A program made the position numbers and the translations under genes. 51,492 nucleotides of DNA, taken from positions 1 to 51,492 of the forward strand of contig JBDONT010000002.1 in NCBI GenBank assembly GCA_039831155.1. Direction: 5' to 3'. Below the pieces are notes generated by a model, which saw nothing but the letters and a program-made list of their open reading frames with translations, was not told the origin of the DNA and made no database searches. The number at the start of each line of letters is the position of its first letter. Within the stretch, counting starts at the first letter, position 1. Below, one piece after another: positions 22,494 to 32,969 of this stretch. The DNA comes from Nautiliaceae bacterium. Lineage in GTDB: Bacteria; Campylobacterota; Campylobacteria; Campylobacterales; Nautiliaceae.

Positions 22494-23510
22494 ATGAAAA
22501 TAGCAATAACCGGCGGAGGAACGGGAGGACATTTAAAAATCGCAAAAGTAATAAAAGACGAACTCAATAAAAGAGGCATAAAGCCTATTTACATAGGCTC
22601 CACTTCCGGAGCCGATAAAGAGTGGTTTAAAAACGATAAAGGATTTAGTCATAAATACTTTTTATCGTCTTCGGGGGTTGTTAATAAAAAAGGATTTAAT
22701 AAAATAAACTCTTTAATAAACATCCTAAAACTCTCAAACGAAGCTAAAAACATCTTAAAAAAGCACAACATAAAAGCCGTATTTAGCGTAGGAGGATACT
22801 CTGCCGCACCTGCTAGTTTCGCAACGATACTTAATTTTAAACCACTTTTTATCCACGAACAAAACGCTCATATAGGTTCACTTAACAAAATCTTAAAACC
22901 CTTTAGCAAAAAGTTTTTTAATACGTTTTTTTACAACGACCCTTATCCGGTAGAAGAGAAGTTTTTCAAAAAAGCAAGAATAAGAAAAGAATTAAAAACA
23001 ATTATATTTTTAGGAGGAAGCCAGGGGGCTGTCGCCATAAACAATTTGGCTTTAAAACTAGCCCCTAAGTTAAAAGAAAAAAACATAAACATAATCCACC
23101 AAACCGGAAAAAGAGATTTTAAAAGAATAAAAGAGTTTTACGAAAAAGAAAACATAAAAGCCGATGTTTTTGATTTTTACCCCAATTTAGTAGAAAAAAT
23201 AGAAAAAGCCGATTTTGCCGTATCAAGGGCTGGAGCTTCTACTCTTTTTGAACTTGCAGCCAATCAAATTCCAACTCTTTTTATTCCATACCCTTACGCA
23301 GCAAGCGACCATCAATACTACAACGCAAAATTTTTAGCCGATAAAAATGCCGGATTTGTAATAAGAGAAAATGAAATAGACCCTAATGAAATTTTAAATT
23401 TAATAATTTCGGCAAATTTAACTTCTTTATCTCAAAATTTAAAAAACATAAATCAAAAAGAAGGTGCAAAAATTATAGTTGACGAAATATTAAAACTCCT
23501 CATCAATTAA
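22494..23510 (+). CDS. murG: Lipid I GlcNAc transferase
   Basis: GGGTGGH, HEQN, GGSQGA, SRAGAST, HQYYNA. Confidence 0.97.
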   Translation: MKIAITGGGTGGHLKIAKVIKDELNKRGIKPIYIGSTSGADKEWFKNDKGFSHKYFLSSSGVVNKKGFNKINSLINILKLSNEAKNILKKHNIKAVFSVGGYSAAPASFATILNFKPLFIHEQNAHIGSLNKILKPFSKKFFNTFFYNDPYPVEEKFFKKARIRKELKTIIFLGGSQGAVAINNLALKLAPKLKEKNINIIHQTGKRDFKRIKEFYEKENIKADVFDFYPNLVEKIEKADFAVSRAGASTLFELAANQIPTLFIPYPYAASDHQYYNAKFLADKNAGFVIRENEIDPNEILNLIISANLTSLSQNLKNINQKEGAKIIVDEILKLLIN

Positions 23511-24041
23511 AGCACAAATCATATGCCCGACCATTATATGCATCTCCTGAATTCTGGGAGTCTCGTCTGAAGGGATTACGATATTCACATCTCCTAAATT
23601 TTTCATCTTACCCCCGTCTTTTCCCGTTAACGTTATAACTTTACATCCTATTTTTCTAACACTCTCAATCGCTTTTATTACGTTTAAGGAATTCCCACTT
23701 GTGGAAATTGCTATTAAAATATCTCCTTTTTTACCCAAAGCCTCCACCTGTCTTGAAAAGACAAACTCATATCCATAGTCGTTTCCTATTGCCGTAAGTG
23801 CCGAAGTGTCGGTTGTAAGTGCTATTCCGGCAAGCGGATTTCTTTCTTTTTTAAACCTTCCGCTGAGTTCTGCGGCTATATGCTGAGAATCGGCCGCACT
23901 TCCTCCGTTTCCGCAAAGCATTATTTTATTTCCGTTTTTCAGTGCCTCTATACAGATTTTCCCGGCCCTCTCAATCAAAGGCAGCAGTTTTTCCATTTTT
24001 TCAGCAGTTTTTATATGTTCAGTTAAACACTTCTTTAACAT
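23490..24041 (-). CDS. gmhA: Sedoheptulose-7-phosphate isomerase
   Basis: [24 protein letters not shown]. Confidence 0.97.
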   Translation of the reverse strand: MLKKCLTEHIKTAEKMEKLLPLIERAGKICIEALKNGNKIMLCGNGGSAADSQHIAAELSGRFKKERNPLAGIALTTDTSALTAIGNDYGYEFVFSRQVEALGKKGDILIAISTSGNSLNVIKAIESVRKIGCKVITLTGKDGGKMKNLGDVNIVIPSDETPRIQEMHIMVGHMICALIDEEF

Positions 24042-25426
24042 TATTTTCCCCTCATTTTTTCTATTATATTAGTCGTACTTCTTCCTTCTACAAATTCAAT
24101 AAGTTTCACTTCCTTTGCTATATCGCTTCCAACAACCTCTTTACCTTCATAATCTTTACCTTTAACCAAAATATCCGGCTTTACTCTTTTGATAAGCTCA
24201 TAAGGAGTGTCTTCTTCAAAAATTACCACATAATCCACCACTTCAAGACTGGCTAATAAATAAGCCCTGTCATATTCGTCATTTACGGGTCTTGTAGGTC
24301 CTTTTAATCTTTTGACCGATTCGTTTGAATTAACTCCCACTATCAGCTTATCTCCTAAGGATTTAGCTTTTTGAAGATACTTAACGTGCCCTAAATGAAG
24401 TATGTCAAAACATCCGTTTGTAAATACAATTTTTTTATTTTGATTTTTTAAATCGTTTGCGATATGTTCTATCGTCTCAAAATCCACTATTTTATAATCG
24501 ACACTGTTATCAAGCCTTCTTTTAGTCTCTTCAATCTCTTCCAGAGTAACCGTAGCACTTCCTATTTTGCTTACAACCACAGCAGCCGCCGCGTTTGCAA
24601 AATGCATAGCCTCTCTCATATCCTCATTTTTGCTTAAATAATACCCAAGACTAGCAAGCACCGTATCCCCGGCACCCGTTACGTCATAAACCTCTTTTGC
24701 AACGGTCGGAATTTTTACATACTCATCCCCGAAAAGCGCCATTCCCTCTTCACTCAAAGTTACAAGCAAATATTTTAAATTCAAATCTTTTTTCAGTTTC
24801 CAACCGGCTTTAATTAAATCTTTTTCATCTCTTATTTCCATACCGGCTGCTGTTGATAATTCTTTTTTATTAGGTTTAATCATCCAAGCGTTTACATATT
24901 TAGAAAAATCTTTTTTCGGGTCTATTATCAGTTTTTTATTCGTTTTATTTGCAAGGTCTATTATTTTTTGAGTAAGAATTTTAGTCAAAACACCTTTTTC
25001 ATAATCGCTTAAAAGTATTAAATCTAATTTATCTATATTGTCACTTAAATAATTAAATATCTTCTCTTCAAATTCACTTGAAATAGGAGTTTTGGTTTCT
25101 TTATCGTATCTTATTACCTGATGGTTACTTGCTATTACACGGCTTTTTATAATCGTCTCACGGGCTTTATCGACAAATATCCCATCCGTTTTTATATTTT
25201 TTTCTTTTAACAAATCTAAAAGTCTTTGTGAATTTTTCCCCACAACCGTCGATACCAGCACTTCACTTCCAAGTGCAAGGAGATTATTTACAACATTCCC
25301 GGCACCTCCTAGTCTATCCTCTTCTTTTACAACCTCAACCACCGGTACCGGAGCTTCAGGAGAGATTCTATCACTCTTACCCCACAGATAGTGGTCTATC
25401 ATAAAATCGCCTATTACTGCTATCAT
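24041..25426 (-). CDS. hldE: Bifunctional heptose-7-P kinase / heptose-1-P adenylyltransferase
   Basis: [32 protein letters not shown]. Confidence 0.97.
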   Translation of the reverse strand: MIAVIGDFMIDHYLWGKSDRISPEAPVPVVEVVKEEDRLGGAGNVVNNLLALGSEVLVSTVVGKNSQRLLDLLKEKNIKTDGIFVDKARETIIKSRVIASNHQVIRYDKETKTPISSEFEEKIFNYLSDNIDKLDLILLSDYEKGVLTKILTQKIIDLANKTNKKLIIDPKKDFSKYVNAWMIKPNKKELSTAAGMEIRDEKDLIKAGWKLKKDLNLKYLLVTLSEEGMALFGDEYVKIPTVAKEVYDVTGAGDTVLASLGYYLSKNEDMREAMHFANAAAAVVVSKIGSATVTLEEIEETKRRLDNSVDYKIVDFETIEHIANDLKNQNKKIVFTNGCFDILHLGHVKYLQKAKSLGDKLIVGVNSNESVKRLKGPTRPVNDEYDRAYLLASLEVVDYVVIFEEDTPYELIKRVKPDILVKGKDYEGKEVVGSDIAKEVKLIEFVEGRSTTNIIEKMRGK

Positions 25427-25506
25427 TAATTAAACCTTAGAATAATAAAACTAAAAACAAATATAAATAGAATCGTAAAAAATATCAATAACAGTTCTGC
25501 ACTCAT
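25426..25506 (-). CDS. 26-aa hydrophobic peptide MSAELLLIFFTILFIFVFSFIILRFN (not in the ORF track)
   Basis: ATGA overlap with the upstream ORF stop (25503-25506) and TAATG overlap with the hldE start. Confidence 0.65.
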   Translation of the reverse strand: MSAELLLIFFTILFIFVFSFIILRFN

Positions 25507-25736
25507 TCTATATCCTTTAGAAATAAAATGTTTTTATTAATTTTTACAGCTAACATTACCAACCAAAACAAAATACTAATACCTATTATTATTCCTAAAT
25601 AGAATAAAATATTTATCTTATTATCCAAAAACAATTTACTAAGCCCTGCTATTAACCCTACCAAAATCATTGTAAGTAATTTAAAAAGTTCTTTTAACCA
25701 ATTAATTTTTTCTTTTATTTCATCAATTCTTGCCAT
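25503..25736 (-). CDS. Small two-TM hypothetical membrane protein (paralog of 4939..5181)
   Basis: ATG 25736 after GAGGA inside the hldD end; two hydrophobic segments. Confidence 0.78.
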   Translation of the reverse strand: MARIDEIKEKINWLKELFKLLTMILVGLIAGLSKLFLDNKINILFYLGIIIGISILFWLVMLAVKINKNILFLKDIE

Positions 25737-26724
25737 ACTCTTCCTCAAAAATTCTTTTAATCTCCGGCAAATACGCTTTTATACCTTCTTCAAGCTCGAA
25801 TCTCGGCTCATACCCAAGGTGTTTTTTCGTATCCTCTATATCAGCCTGGGTAAAAAACTGATACTGTCCTATGTAGGGATTCGGGATATAGGTATCTTCT
25901 CTTTTTATATTAAGTTCTTTTTTCAAAATATCCACAATATCCTGAAAACTTCTGGCTTTGCCCGTACCCACGTTATAAACCCCGTTTTTATCTGTTTCAC
26001 ACGCTTTGATATTTGCCTGAATCACATCTTCTACGAAAATAAAATCCCTAAGTATTTTATCACTTTCTTCAAACAGTTTCGCACTCTCACCTTTTAAAAG
26101 CTGAAGCCCGAACTGAAGTACCATTGATGCAGTTTTATTTTTAAAATATTCCCTATGACCGTATACGTTAAAATATCTTAGCCCCACTATTCTTATTTTG
26201 TCATAATACTCTTTTGCAAGATTATCCATCATAAGCTTAGAAAATCCGTATACGTTATTGGGCTTTTCGTATCCGACTTTAAATACGTCGCTATTTCCGT
26301 ATGTCGCTGCGGATGATGCGTAAATCATAGAAGCGTTTTTCTTAACCGCCAAATCACACAAATCCTTAAAAGCGTTTACGTTCGTATCAATCATAATTTT
26401 CTGATCAGCTACCGTAGTATCGGAAATAGCGGCTTCGTGAAAAATATAATCGATTTCATACTCTTCGAGTCTTTTTAAGTCTTCTTTATTGTTTATATCT
26501 CCACTTATAACAATTCCCTTAAATCCTAAAAGATTTTTAAAATGCCCGAAACTCTTAAGATTTCCGTTACTAAAAGTCTCTTCGCTTCTGAATTTATCAA
26601 ATACAATAATTTTACACCCGGGATAATTTTCCTGAAAATAAAACGCCAAATTACTTCCTATAAACCCGGCACCTCCAGTAATTAGTACGGTTTTATCATT
26701 AAAATCTATATTAGAGTATTTCAC
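25723..26724 (-). CDS. hldD: ADP-L-glycero-D-manno-heptose 6-epimerase
   Basis: TGGAGFIGSN, YASSAATYG, YGFSK, LRYFNVYG. Confidence 0.95.
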   Translation of the reverse strand: MKYSNIDFNDKTVLITGGAGFIGSNLAFYFQENYPGCKIIVFDKFRSEETFSNGNLKSFGHFKNLLGFKGIVISGDINNKEDLKRLEEYEIDYIFHEAAISDTTVADQKIMIDTNVNAFKDLCDLAVKKNASMIYASSAATYGNSDVFKVGYEKPNNVYGFSKLMMDNLAKEYYDKIRIVGLRYFNVYGHREYFKNKTASMVLQFGLQLLKGESAKLFEESDKILRDFIFVEDVIQANIKACETDKNGVYNVGTGKARSFQDIVDILKKELNIKREDTYIPNPYIGQYQFFTQADIEDTKKHLGYEPRFELEEGIKAYLPEIKRIFEEEYGKN

Positions 26725-27209
26725 AAAAACTCCTTTTTTATTTTTTCAATTATATCATATAAGTCCTCTTCAACTTTAAACGTCTTTTCTATTCCGGCAC
26801 GTTTTGCAGCTTCTATGTCTCTTTTGCTATCGCCTATCATTATTGAGTTTTTAAGGTCTATATTATACTTTTTTGCTAAATCAAGAATCATTCCGGGTTT
26901 TGGTTTTCTGCACTCACACTCTCCCGTAATGTCGGGATGATGAGGGCAAAAGCGGACATCTTTTATTTCAATGCCTTCTTTTTTAAATTCTTCTTTCATC
27001 CATTCGGTTAATTTATAAAAATCATCTTCACTGTAATACCCTCTTGCAATTCCACTTTGATTAGTCACAACAAAAAGAGTAAACCCCAAATCTTGCAAAA
27101 GTTTTAAAAGTTCGAATATCCCCTCTTTAAATTTAAAATCTTCCACTCTTCCTACATACCCGATGTCTATATTTATAACTCCGTCTCTATCCAAAAACGC
27201 GGCTTTCAT
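26721..27209 (-). CDS. gmhB: Heptose-1,7-bisphosphate phosphatase
   Basis: FLDRDGVIN, TNQSGIARG, CPHHP...CECRKPKPGM; start moved to the ATG overlapping the waaF stop. Confidence 0.95.
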   Translation of the reverse strand: MKAAFLDRDGVINIDIGYVGRVEDFKFKEGIFELLKLLQDLGFTLFVVTNQSGIARGYYSEDDFYKLTEWMKEEFKKEGIEIKDVRFCPHHPDITGECECRKPKPGMILDLAKKYNIDLKNSIMIGDSKRDIEAAKRAGIEKTFKVEEDLYDIIEKIKKEFL

Positions 27210-28087
27210 ATAAGCTCCTTTAGGGCTTTTAACACATCTTCGGCTTTTATCTCTTTCATACAATTATGGTGTCCTAAAGGACACTCCCTTTTCATACAGG
27301 GAGCACACTCCAAATCTTTTGTGACGATTTTATAATTACTACTCCAAGGAGACGTTTCTTTGTAATTCGTAGGTCCGAAAATCGCAACTATAGGGACATT
27401 ATAAGCAGCAGCTATATGCATAGGACCGCTGTCGTTTGTAATAAAAAGTTCAAGCCCCCCTATATATTCACAAAGCTCTTTTACAGTTAACTTTCCACAA
27501 AGATTTTTATAGTTTGAAATCTTAAGATTTTTTTCTATATCTTTTGCTATTTCTTCTTCTCCCGGACCACCGAAAATTATAACGTCATACTCTTTTGCCA
27601 TCTCATTTGCAACTTTCGCAAACTCTTTAGGATACCACCTTTTAGCACTCCCGTATGTTGCACCGGGATTTATTCCAAGCGTAGGTTTTTCAAAATTTTT
27701 AGCTTTATAAGGCAGTATAGGAGAATAAATTTCATCTTTACATATTATTTCGTTTACGTATTTTGAATACTTCTTAACCATATGTCCGGAGTAGTTTTTA
27801 TCGAAAAAATAGCTTCTTTTGGCTTTAACCCCCAAAACTTTTGAGTACAAACTCCTCCTAAAACTCACAAACACATCGACTTTAGGAAAAGCCATAAACT
27901 GCTTAAATTTATGCTTTTTATCAATTAAAATCTCTTTATCAAACCAGGGCTTTAACAACTCAACCGAAACATAACTTCCAAAAATTATAGCCTCTTTATG
28001 CTTAAATTCATCCAAAAGAGCTTTTATAGCCCCACTCGCCATTACACTGTCACCAAGCCACGTTGGAGGTTCAATTAAAAGTTTCAT
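27206..28087 (-). CDS. waaF: LPS heptosyltransferase II (GT9)
   Basis: PTWLGD.VM, NPGATYGSAKRW, TNDSGPMHIAAA. Confidence 0.92.
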   Translation of the reverse strand: MKLLIEPPTWLGDSVMASGAIKALLDEFKHKEAIIFGSYVSVELLKPWFDKEILIDKKHKFKQFMAFPKVDVFVSFRRSLYSKVLGVKAKRSYFFDKNYSGHMVKKYSKYVNEIICKDEIYSPILPYKAKNFEKPTLGINPGATYGSAKRWYPKEFAKVANEMAKEYDVIIFGGPGEEEIAKDIEKNLKISNYKNLCGKLTVKELCEYIGGLELFITNDSGPMHIAAAYNVPIVAIFGPTNYKETSPWSSNYKIVTKDLECAPCMKRECPLGHHNCMKEIKAEDVLKALKELI

Positions 28088-29075
28088 ATATCACCTTTAA
28101 AGTCTTTTCGACATTCTTTTCTATACTGTAATTTTTCGATATCTCTTTTGCTTGTTTTTTTAAATTTTCAAGTTTTTCGATATTATCCAAAAGCTCCTGG
28201 ATTTTATGTACTATTTTCTCATCAATTATCCAATCTTTAGGTAGTATCTCCCCTCCTCCACACATATCAGTGGTAAAAACTACATTTTCAAAATTCAAAG
28301 CCTCCAAAATCACATTTCCAAAAGGTTCGTATTTGGTAGGAAATAGAAAAATATCGGCCATTGAATAAAACTTATCCACATCGGTTCTTGGACCTGTAAA
28401 AATTACTTTATTTTCAACCCCCAAGCTTTTGGCATAATCTTTATACCATTTAAGATTTTTTTCTTTTCCCACTACAAAGAATTTAAAATTACCTTGAAGC
28501 TTAGAAACAACATCAAGTGCTTCTTTTACACCTTTTCTTTTAAATCCACTTCCTACATAAAGCAAAATTTTTTCATTTTTTAAATTAAACTCTTTTTTTA
28601 TATCATCAAAAGAAACTTTTTCCTTTAAAGGAATTCCGTTGTAAATAACTTCTATTTTCTCCGGGTCTATTTTATAAGCGTTAATAATATCCCTTTTTAC
28701 CATATTCGAAATGGCTATAATTTTTTTGGCGTTTTTAAACATTCTTTTTTCTATGAAAAGATAAACAATATGAAGAGGATTAAACAACGATTTGTTTTCC
28801 AGCTTAATAAAAACTTTATGAACCCCGTCTCCCGCCCTATAAATATCCGGACAAGTTATTCTATCTAGAGAAAAATAAAACTTTTTACCCTTAAACAAAC
28901 ACACTTCCAGATTAAACCATATAGCCTTTATCCAACTTGATAAAAACTTAGGAGCACTGCAATGTTTTACTTCAAACTCAAAATCTCTTTTTTCAAGTTC
29001 ACTTAAAAGCCTGCTTAAATAAACTTCAGCCCCTCCGAATTTACTCTTCTTTAAGCGAAGAAACGTTACTTTCAT
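28071..29075 (-). CDS. GT4 LPS-core glycosyltransferase (WabG/WaaG-like)
   Basis: GGAE, DIYRAGDGVH, FKRKG, YEPFGNVILEA. Confidence 0.85.
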   Translation of the reverse strand: MKVTFLRLKKSKFGGAEVYLSRLLSELEKRDFEFEVKHCSAPKFLSSWIKAIWFNLEVCLFKGKKFYFSLDRITCPDIYRAGDGVHKVFIKLENKSLFNPLHIVYLFIEKRMFKNAKKIIAISNMVKRDIINAYKIDPEKIEVIYNGIPLKEKVSFDDIKKEFNLKNEKILLYVGSGFKRKGVKEALDVVSKLQGNFKFFVVGKEKNLKWYKDYAKSLGVENKVIFTGPRTDVDKFYSMADIFLFPTKYEPFGNVILEALNFENVVFTTDMCGGGEILPKDWIIDEKIVHKIQELLDNIEKLENLKKQAKEISKNYSIEKNVEKTLKVIYETFN

Positions 29076-30363
29076 CTATCTCCCTTTTAATAGCAAAAAA
29101 ACTAAGAGCAACTAATAATACGAACTGTTGAAGGTAATGATTTTTTAAAATATCATCTACAAAACTTCTAAAATAAAAACTCGTCGCCACATAAAAAAGT
29201 AAAAGCCCGAAATAGCTCCTATATTTCATAAAAGACTTTACGCCTATATACATTAAAGTAAAAAATATAAAACTGTATACCAAAAATCCCTCAACCCCGA
29301 CACTTAACAAAACATTTATAAAAGTACTGTGAGCGTGGTCGGAGAACTTGATATGATACTTATCTGAAGCCACTTTCCCAAATACATTTCTTGCAAACCC
29401 GTATCCGAAAGGATTTTCTTTTAAAAATTTATACCCTTCTTTATAATAAAACAGCCTCCTATAAGCCGAACCGTCAACTCCAGGAGGATATTTAAGCCTA
29501 TACCAATCCATATTGTCGTTTATAACCGTTATTTTAAAAGTTCTGTCAAATTCTCTCCATCTTTTATCGTGCTTATAATCAAAATACACAAGCCACATAC
29601 TACCTACAAATCCGATTAAAGCAAATAAAATAAGCTTTTTAGAAAGATTTTTGAATTTAAATTTTAATACGAAACTAAAAAACATCACAGAAACCACTAA
29701 AAACGTCAAACTAAAAACTCCGTTTCTCTTAAACTGAACCACTAAACTAAAAACTACCACCATAAACAGTAGAAAAAGAGCAAAACTTGAAACCTTAAAA
29801 AGAAATTTGCCTTTTATAATTCTAAATACAAATTCAACAGCAAAAAAAGAAAAAAGATAAGGCATTAAAAAGTTTAATTCATCCAATCCCTTGGTAATTC
29901 CGAAACTCCTATAAGGCAATGTATGATGTTGTGCAAAAACATTTAAAGAATAAAGAGCGTGATATGCAACAATGGCAAAAAACGCTACAAATATATAAAC
30001 AAAAAGCCTTTTATAATTAAATCCTGCTTTAACAAGTAAATAACTGCCAACTCCTAGCAGCAAAGGAGCCCAAAACTGTCCTCTTATTTCTAAAAAGGCG
30101 CACTCTTTAAAAGATGAAAAAAAAGAAGTTGAGATTATTAAAAACAAAAAAGCGACAATACCTATACCTAAAAGTTTATCTTCTTTAAAATACTTAAATT
30201 TATACTTCTCTCCAAGCCAAAAAAAAATCAAAGACAATAAAAAAATAACACCTATATCAATATTTCTAACAGCTATCAAATGATTCATAGGCCATATCAA
30301 CACCAAAATAAAAACCAACGCACTTATAAGCTCTTCCAAAACCGTTAAGACTTTTTCTTTCAT
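29041..30363 (-). CDS. waaL: O-antigen ligase family protein
   Basis: Many TM segments, periplasmic loop with S...R...Y, P.GYG and HAHS; lies inside the core cluster. Confidence 0.8.
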   Translation of the reverse strand: MKEKVLTVLEELISALVFILVLIWPMNHLIAVRNIDIGVIFLLSLIFFWLGEKYKFKYFKEDKLLGIGIVAFLFLIISTSFFSSFKECAFLEIRGQFWAPLLLGVGSYLLVKAGFNYKRLFVYIFVAFFAIVAYHALYSLNVFAQHHTLPYRSFGITKGLDELNFLMPYLFSFFAVEFVFRIIKGKFLFKVSSFALFLLFMVVVFSLVVQFKRNGVFSLTFLVVSVMFFSFVLKFKFKNLSKKLILFALIGFVGSMWLVYFDYKHDKRWREFDRTFKITVINDNMDWYRLKYPPGVDGSAYRRLFYYKEGYKFLKENPFGYGFARNVFGKVASDKYHIKFSDHAHSTFINVLLSVGVEGFLVYSFIFFTLMYIGVKSFMKYRSYFGLLLFYVATSFYFRSFVDDILKNHYLQQFVLLVALSFFAIKREIDESNVSSLKEE

Positions 30364-31436
30364 ATAATCTCCATTTTTTCTATTTTTTCAAGCACTTCAT
30401 CACTTGTAATTTGAAGCATACATTCTTGATATTTACACCTTTTATCCACACAAGGCGTACAAGTTTTCGGTTTTTGAATAAAAGAATGAATCTCCAAATC
30501 GTAACACGCATTGCTTTCTTTAGGATTACCGGCTACAAACAGCCCGATTGTCGGAGTTTTTAGGGCTATTGCGATATGTAAAGGTCCGGTATCGGGAGTT
30601 ATTAATAAATCAAGCTTTGAAATTAAAGCAGCTGCCCCTCCTAAAGAGAATTTACCGGCTAAATTTAACACCCTTTTATCGTTAATCCCTTTTTCAACTT
30701 CATCCGTTAAGTTTTTTTCATTCGGAGCACCGGTTAAAACGATATTAATATCCGGATATTTATTTAAAAGCTTTTTGCCAAGTTCTATCCACCTTTCATT
30801 AAACCATCTTCTGCTAATCGTAGAAGCCCCTATTTGAAAGCCTATTAATTTATTTTTAGGCAATACTTTTTCAACTTCTTCTATCCACTCGTCTTTTAAA
30901 AACAAATCCATTCTGCAGTCATTTTCTTCAACTCCAAGCCATTTTAAAAATTTAAGTCTTAATTTTATAAAATGCTCCCCCTCAATTTTCGGCACTATTT
31001 CGTTTGTATGCCATTTATTAAACTCGTTTTTATCGTTCGGAAGTTTAATAATATATTTAGCCCCACTTAAAACGGCAAGAGGAGTAGCTTGAGGTTCGTT
31101 TGAATGCAAAGCCAAAACAAGTTTGGGATTAATTTCTTTTAATTCTTTCAATGCTTTAAAAAAATGTTTCGTTTTGCCGGAATATAAAATAATTTCATCA
31201 ATATAAGGGTTGTTTTCAAAAAGTTTATAATTTTTAGGATTCATCACAACAATTAGTTTTTTATTCGGAAAATGCTTTTTTAAACTTCTAAAAACCGGTG
31301 TGCCAAAAAGCGTATCGCCAATTGCCGTATTACTAAAGCAGACTATTTTATCAATCTCCTCCATCGGAACCAAATCGGTTTTTACGACTTGATTTTTAGG
31401 TAAAAAATAGGGAATTATTTTTCTAAAAAAATTCAA
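30360..31436 (-). CDS. GT9 glycosyltransferase
   Basis: TAIGDTL..TP, DTGPLHIA; the TTG at 31436 follows AAGGAG. Confidence 0.88.
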   Translation of the reverse strand: MNFFRKIIPYFLPKNQVVKTDLVPMEEIDKIVCFSNTAIGDTLFGTPVFRSLKKHFPNKKLIVVMNPKNYKLFENNPYIDEIILYSGKTKHFFKALKELKEINPKLVLALHSNEPQATPLAVLSGAKYIIKLPNDKNEFNKWHTNEIVPKIEGEHFIKLRLKFLKWLGVEENDCRMDLFLKDEWIEEVEKVLPKNKLIGFQIGASTISRRWFNERWIELGKKLLNKYPDINIVLTGAPNEKNLTDEVEKGINDKRVLNLAGKFSLGGAAALISKLDLLITPDTGPLHIAIALKTPTIGLFVAGNPKESNACYDLEIHSFIQKPKTCTPCVDKRCKYQECMLQITSDEVLEKIEKMEII

Positions 31437-31446
31437 AAACGCTCCT

Positions 31447-32028
31447 TTAAACTCTCTCTCCGATTTTCTTTGCCGGGTTTCCGGCATAAATAAAATCTTT
31501 TTCGCAATTTTTAGTTACGACGCTTCCGTACCCTACCACAACGTTCTCTTCAATTTTTATCCCGCTCATAACACCTACCCTGCTAAAAAGCATTACGTTT
31601 TTTCCTATAACGGTGGTTTGAGGGATTTCTTTTGATTTGTTTACCAAAATATCTTTACTTTTTATTTCGTGATAATGAGAAAAAATATCGTTTTCTCTCC
31701 CTATGTGAGTATCGTCTCCTATTATAACTTTTCCAGTTCCGTCTATTTTGGTGTTGTTTAAAACGTTGCAGTTTTTACCTATTTCTATATTGCCTATTAA
31801 AATACAATTTTCTTTAACGGCAGTATTATCGCCTATTATAAGTTTTGATTTTTTGTTAGTTCTTACGTTTCTGTAAATTCTTACGTTTTTGCCTATTTTG
31901 TTATTAGGCATCCATCCTAAAACCTTTGCCCTTAATTTGGTAATTTTCTTAAACCAAAACCCGAAAATCAACTTATCCGGCAGTTTTGAGAGAATAATAT
32001 ACAAAAAATAAACCAACTCTTTTACCAT
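31447..32028 (-). CDS. Hexapeptide-repeat (left-handed beta-helix) O-acyltransferase
   Basis: IG-x4 repeats, GSVVTK, AGNPAK. Confidence 0.88.
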   Translation of the reverse strand: MVKELVYFLYIILSKLPDKLIFGFWFKKITKLRAKVLGWMPNNKIGKNVRIYRNVRTNKKSKLIIGDNTAVKENCILIGNIEIGKNCNVLNNTKIDGTGKVIIGDDTHIGRENDIFSHYHEIKSKDILVNKSKEIPQTTVIGKNVMLFSRVGVMSGIKIEENVVVGYGSVVTKNCEKDFIYAGNPAKKIGERV

Positions 32029-32036
32029 TTTTTACC

Positions 32037-32969
32037 TTATAAATTGTTTTTTATATGTTTAACTATCAAATCGTTATCTATATTTTCTGCAATTTTGCTT
32101 TTATCTTGTAATACCAAATCTTTATACCCCCAAGGATGCCACCTATTGATATCCGAAACTCCAAATAATGCTATAGTCTTAACCCCTATAGCCGGTGCTA
32201 AGTGCATAGCACCGCCTTCTAGCGTTACAAAAAGTTTAGCCCTTGAAATAAAAGCCCCCAAGTCCAAAAAAAAATCCGTCTTTTTAAAAATAACTTTTGT
32301 TTCTTTTTCAAGCCTTTTTGCCGTTTCAAAATCTTTAGGCTCTGCCGTTATATAAATCTCTTTATCAAGCTTAGTAAATATATCTTTTAATTTTTCAAAA
32401 CTCATCTGATTGTTTTTCATTCTGGCAGAAATATGAAAAACCACGATATCTTTAAAATCTTTATACTTTTTTTTCATATCTCCCGGGATAAAAAATCTGG
32501 TTTTTTCTCCGTTATACTCCACATCCAAAGGCTTTAAACAATCAAAACAAAACTCAACTTCGTGATTGTTTCTAAACTCTATATGATGAGTAAATTTATC
32601 TCTATTTTTTTTATCTTTTACCCCTATTTTTATCTTAGCACCACTTATATTGCTAAACTGCTCGGCTGAGGGGGAATATTCGCTTCTAAAAACCACACTT
32701 ACGTCATATTTTTCTTTTTTTATATTCCAAAAAACCTTTATTTTAGAAATAAGGGCTTCAAGTTTCGCACCGATTTTCTTTTTATGTTTAGGTTTGGTAT
32801 AAACCCATATATTATCCACAAAAGGATTATTATCAATCGCCATACGGTTATAGCTGTTTACCACTATATCTATTTGAGCGTCGGGATATTTTTTTCTTAA
32901 AGCCTCAATAGCCGGAGTGGTACAGATTAAATCCCCTAAATTATCGTTTCTTACAAGCAAAACCTTCAA
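32037..32969 (-). CDS. GT9 glycosyltransferase
   Basis: RNDNLGDLICTTP, EGGAMHLA, WHPWG. Confidence 0.88.
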   Translation of the reverse strand: MKVLLVRNDNLGDLICTTPAIEALRKKYPDAQIDIVVNSYNRMAIDNNPFVDNIWVYTKPKHKKKIGAKLEALISKIKVFWNIKKEKYDVSVVFRSEYSPSAEQFSNISGAKIKIGVKDKKNRDKFTHHIEFRNNHEVEFCFDCLKPLDVEYNGEKTRFFIPGDMKKKYKDFKDIVVFHISARMKNNQMSFEKLKDIFTKLDKEIYITAEPKDFETAKRLEKETKVIFKKTDFFLDLGAFISRAKLFVTLEGGAMHLAPAIGVKTIALFGVSDINRWHPWGYKDLVLQDKSKIAENIDNDLIVKHIKNNL

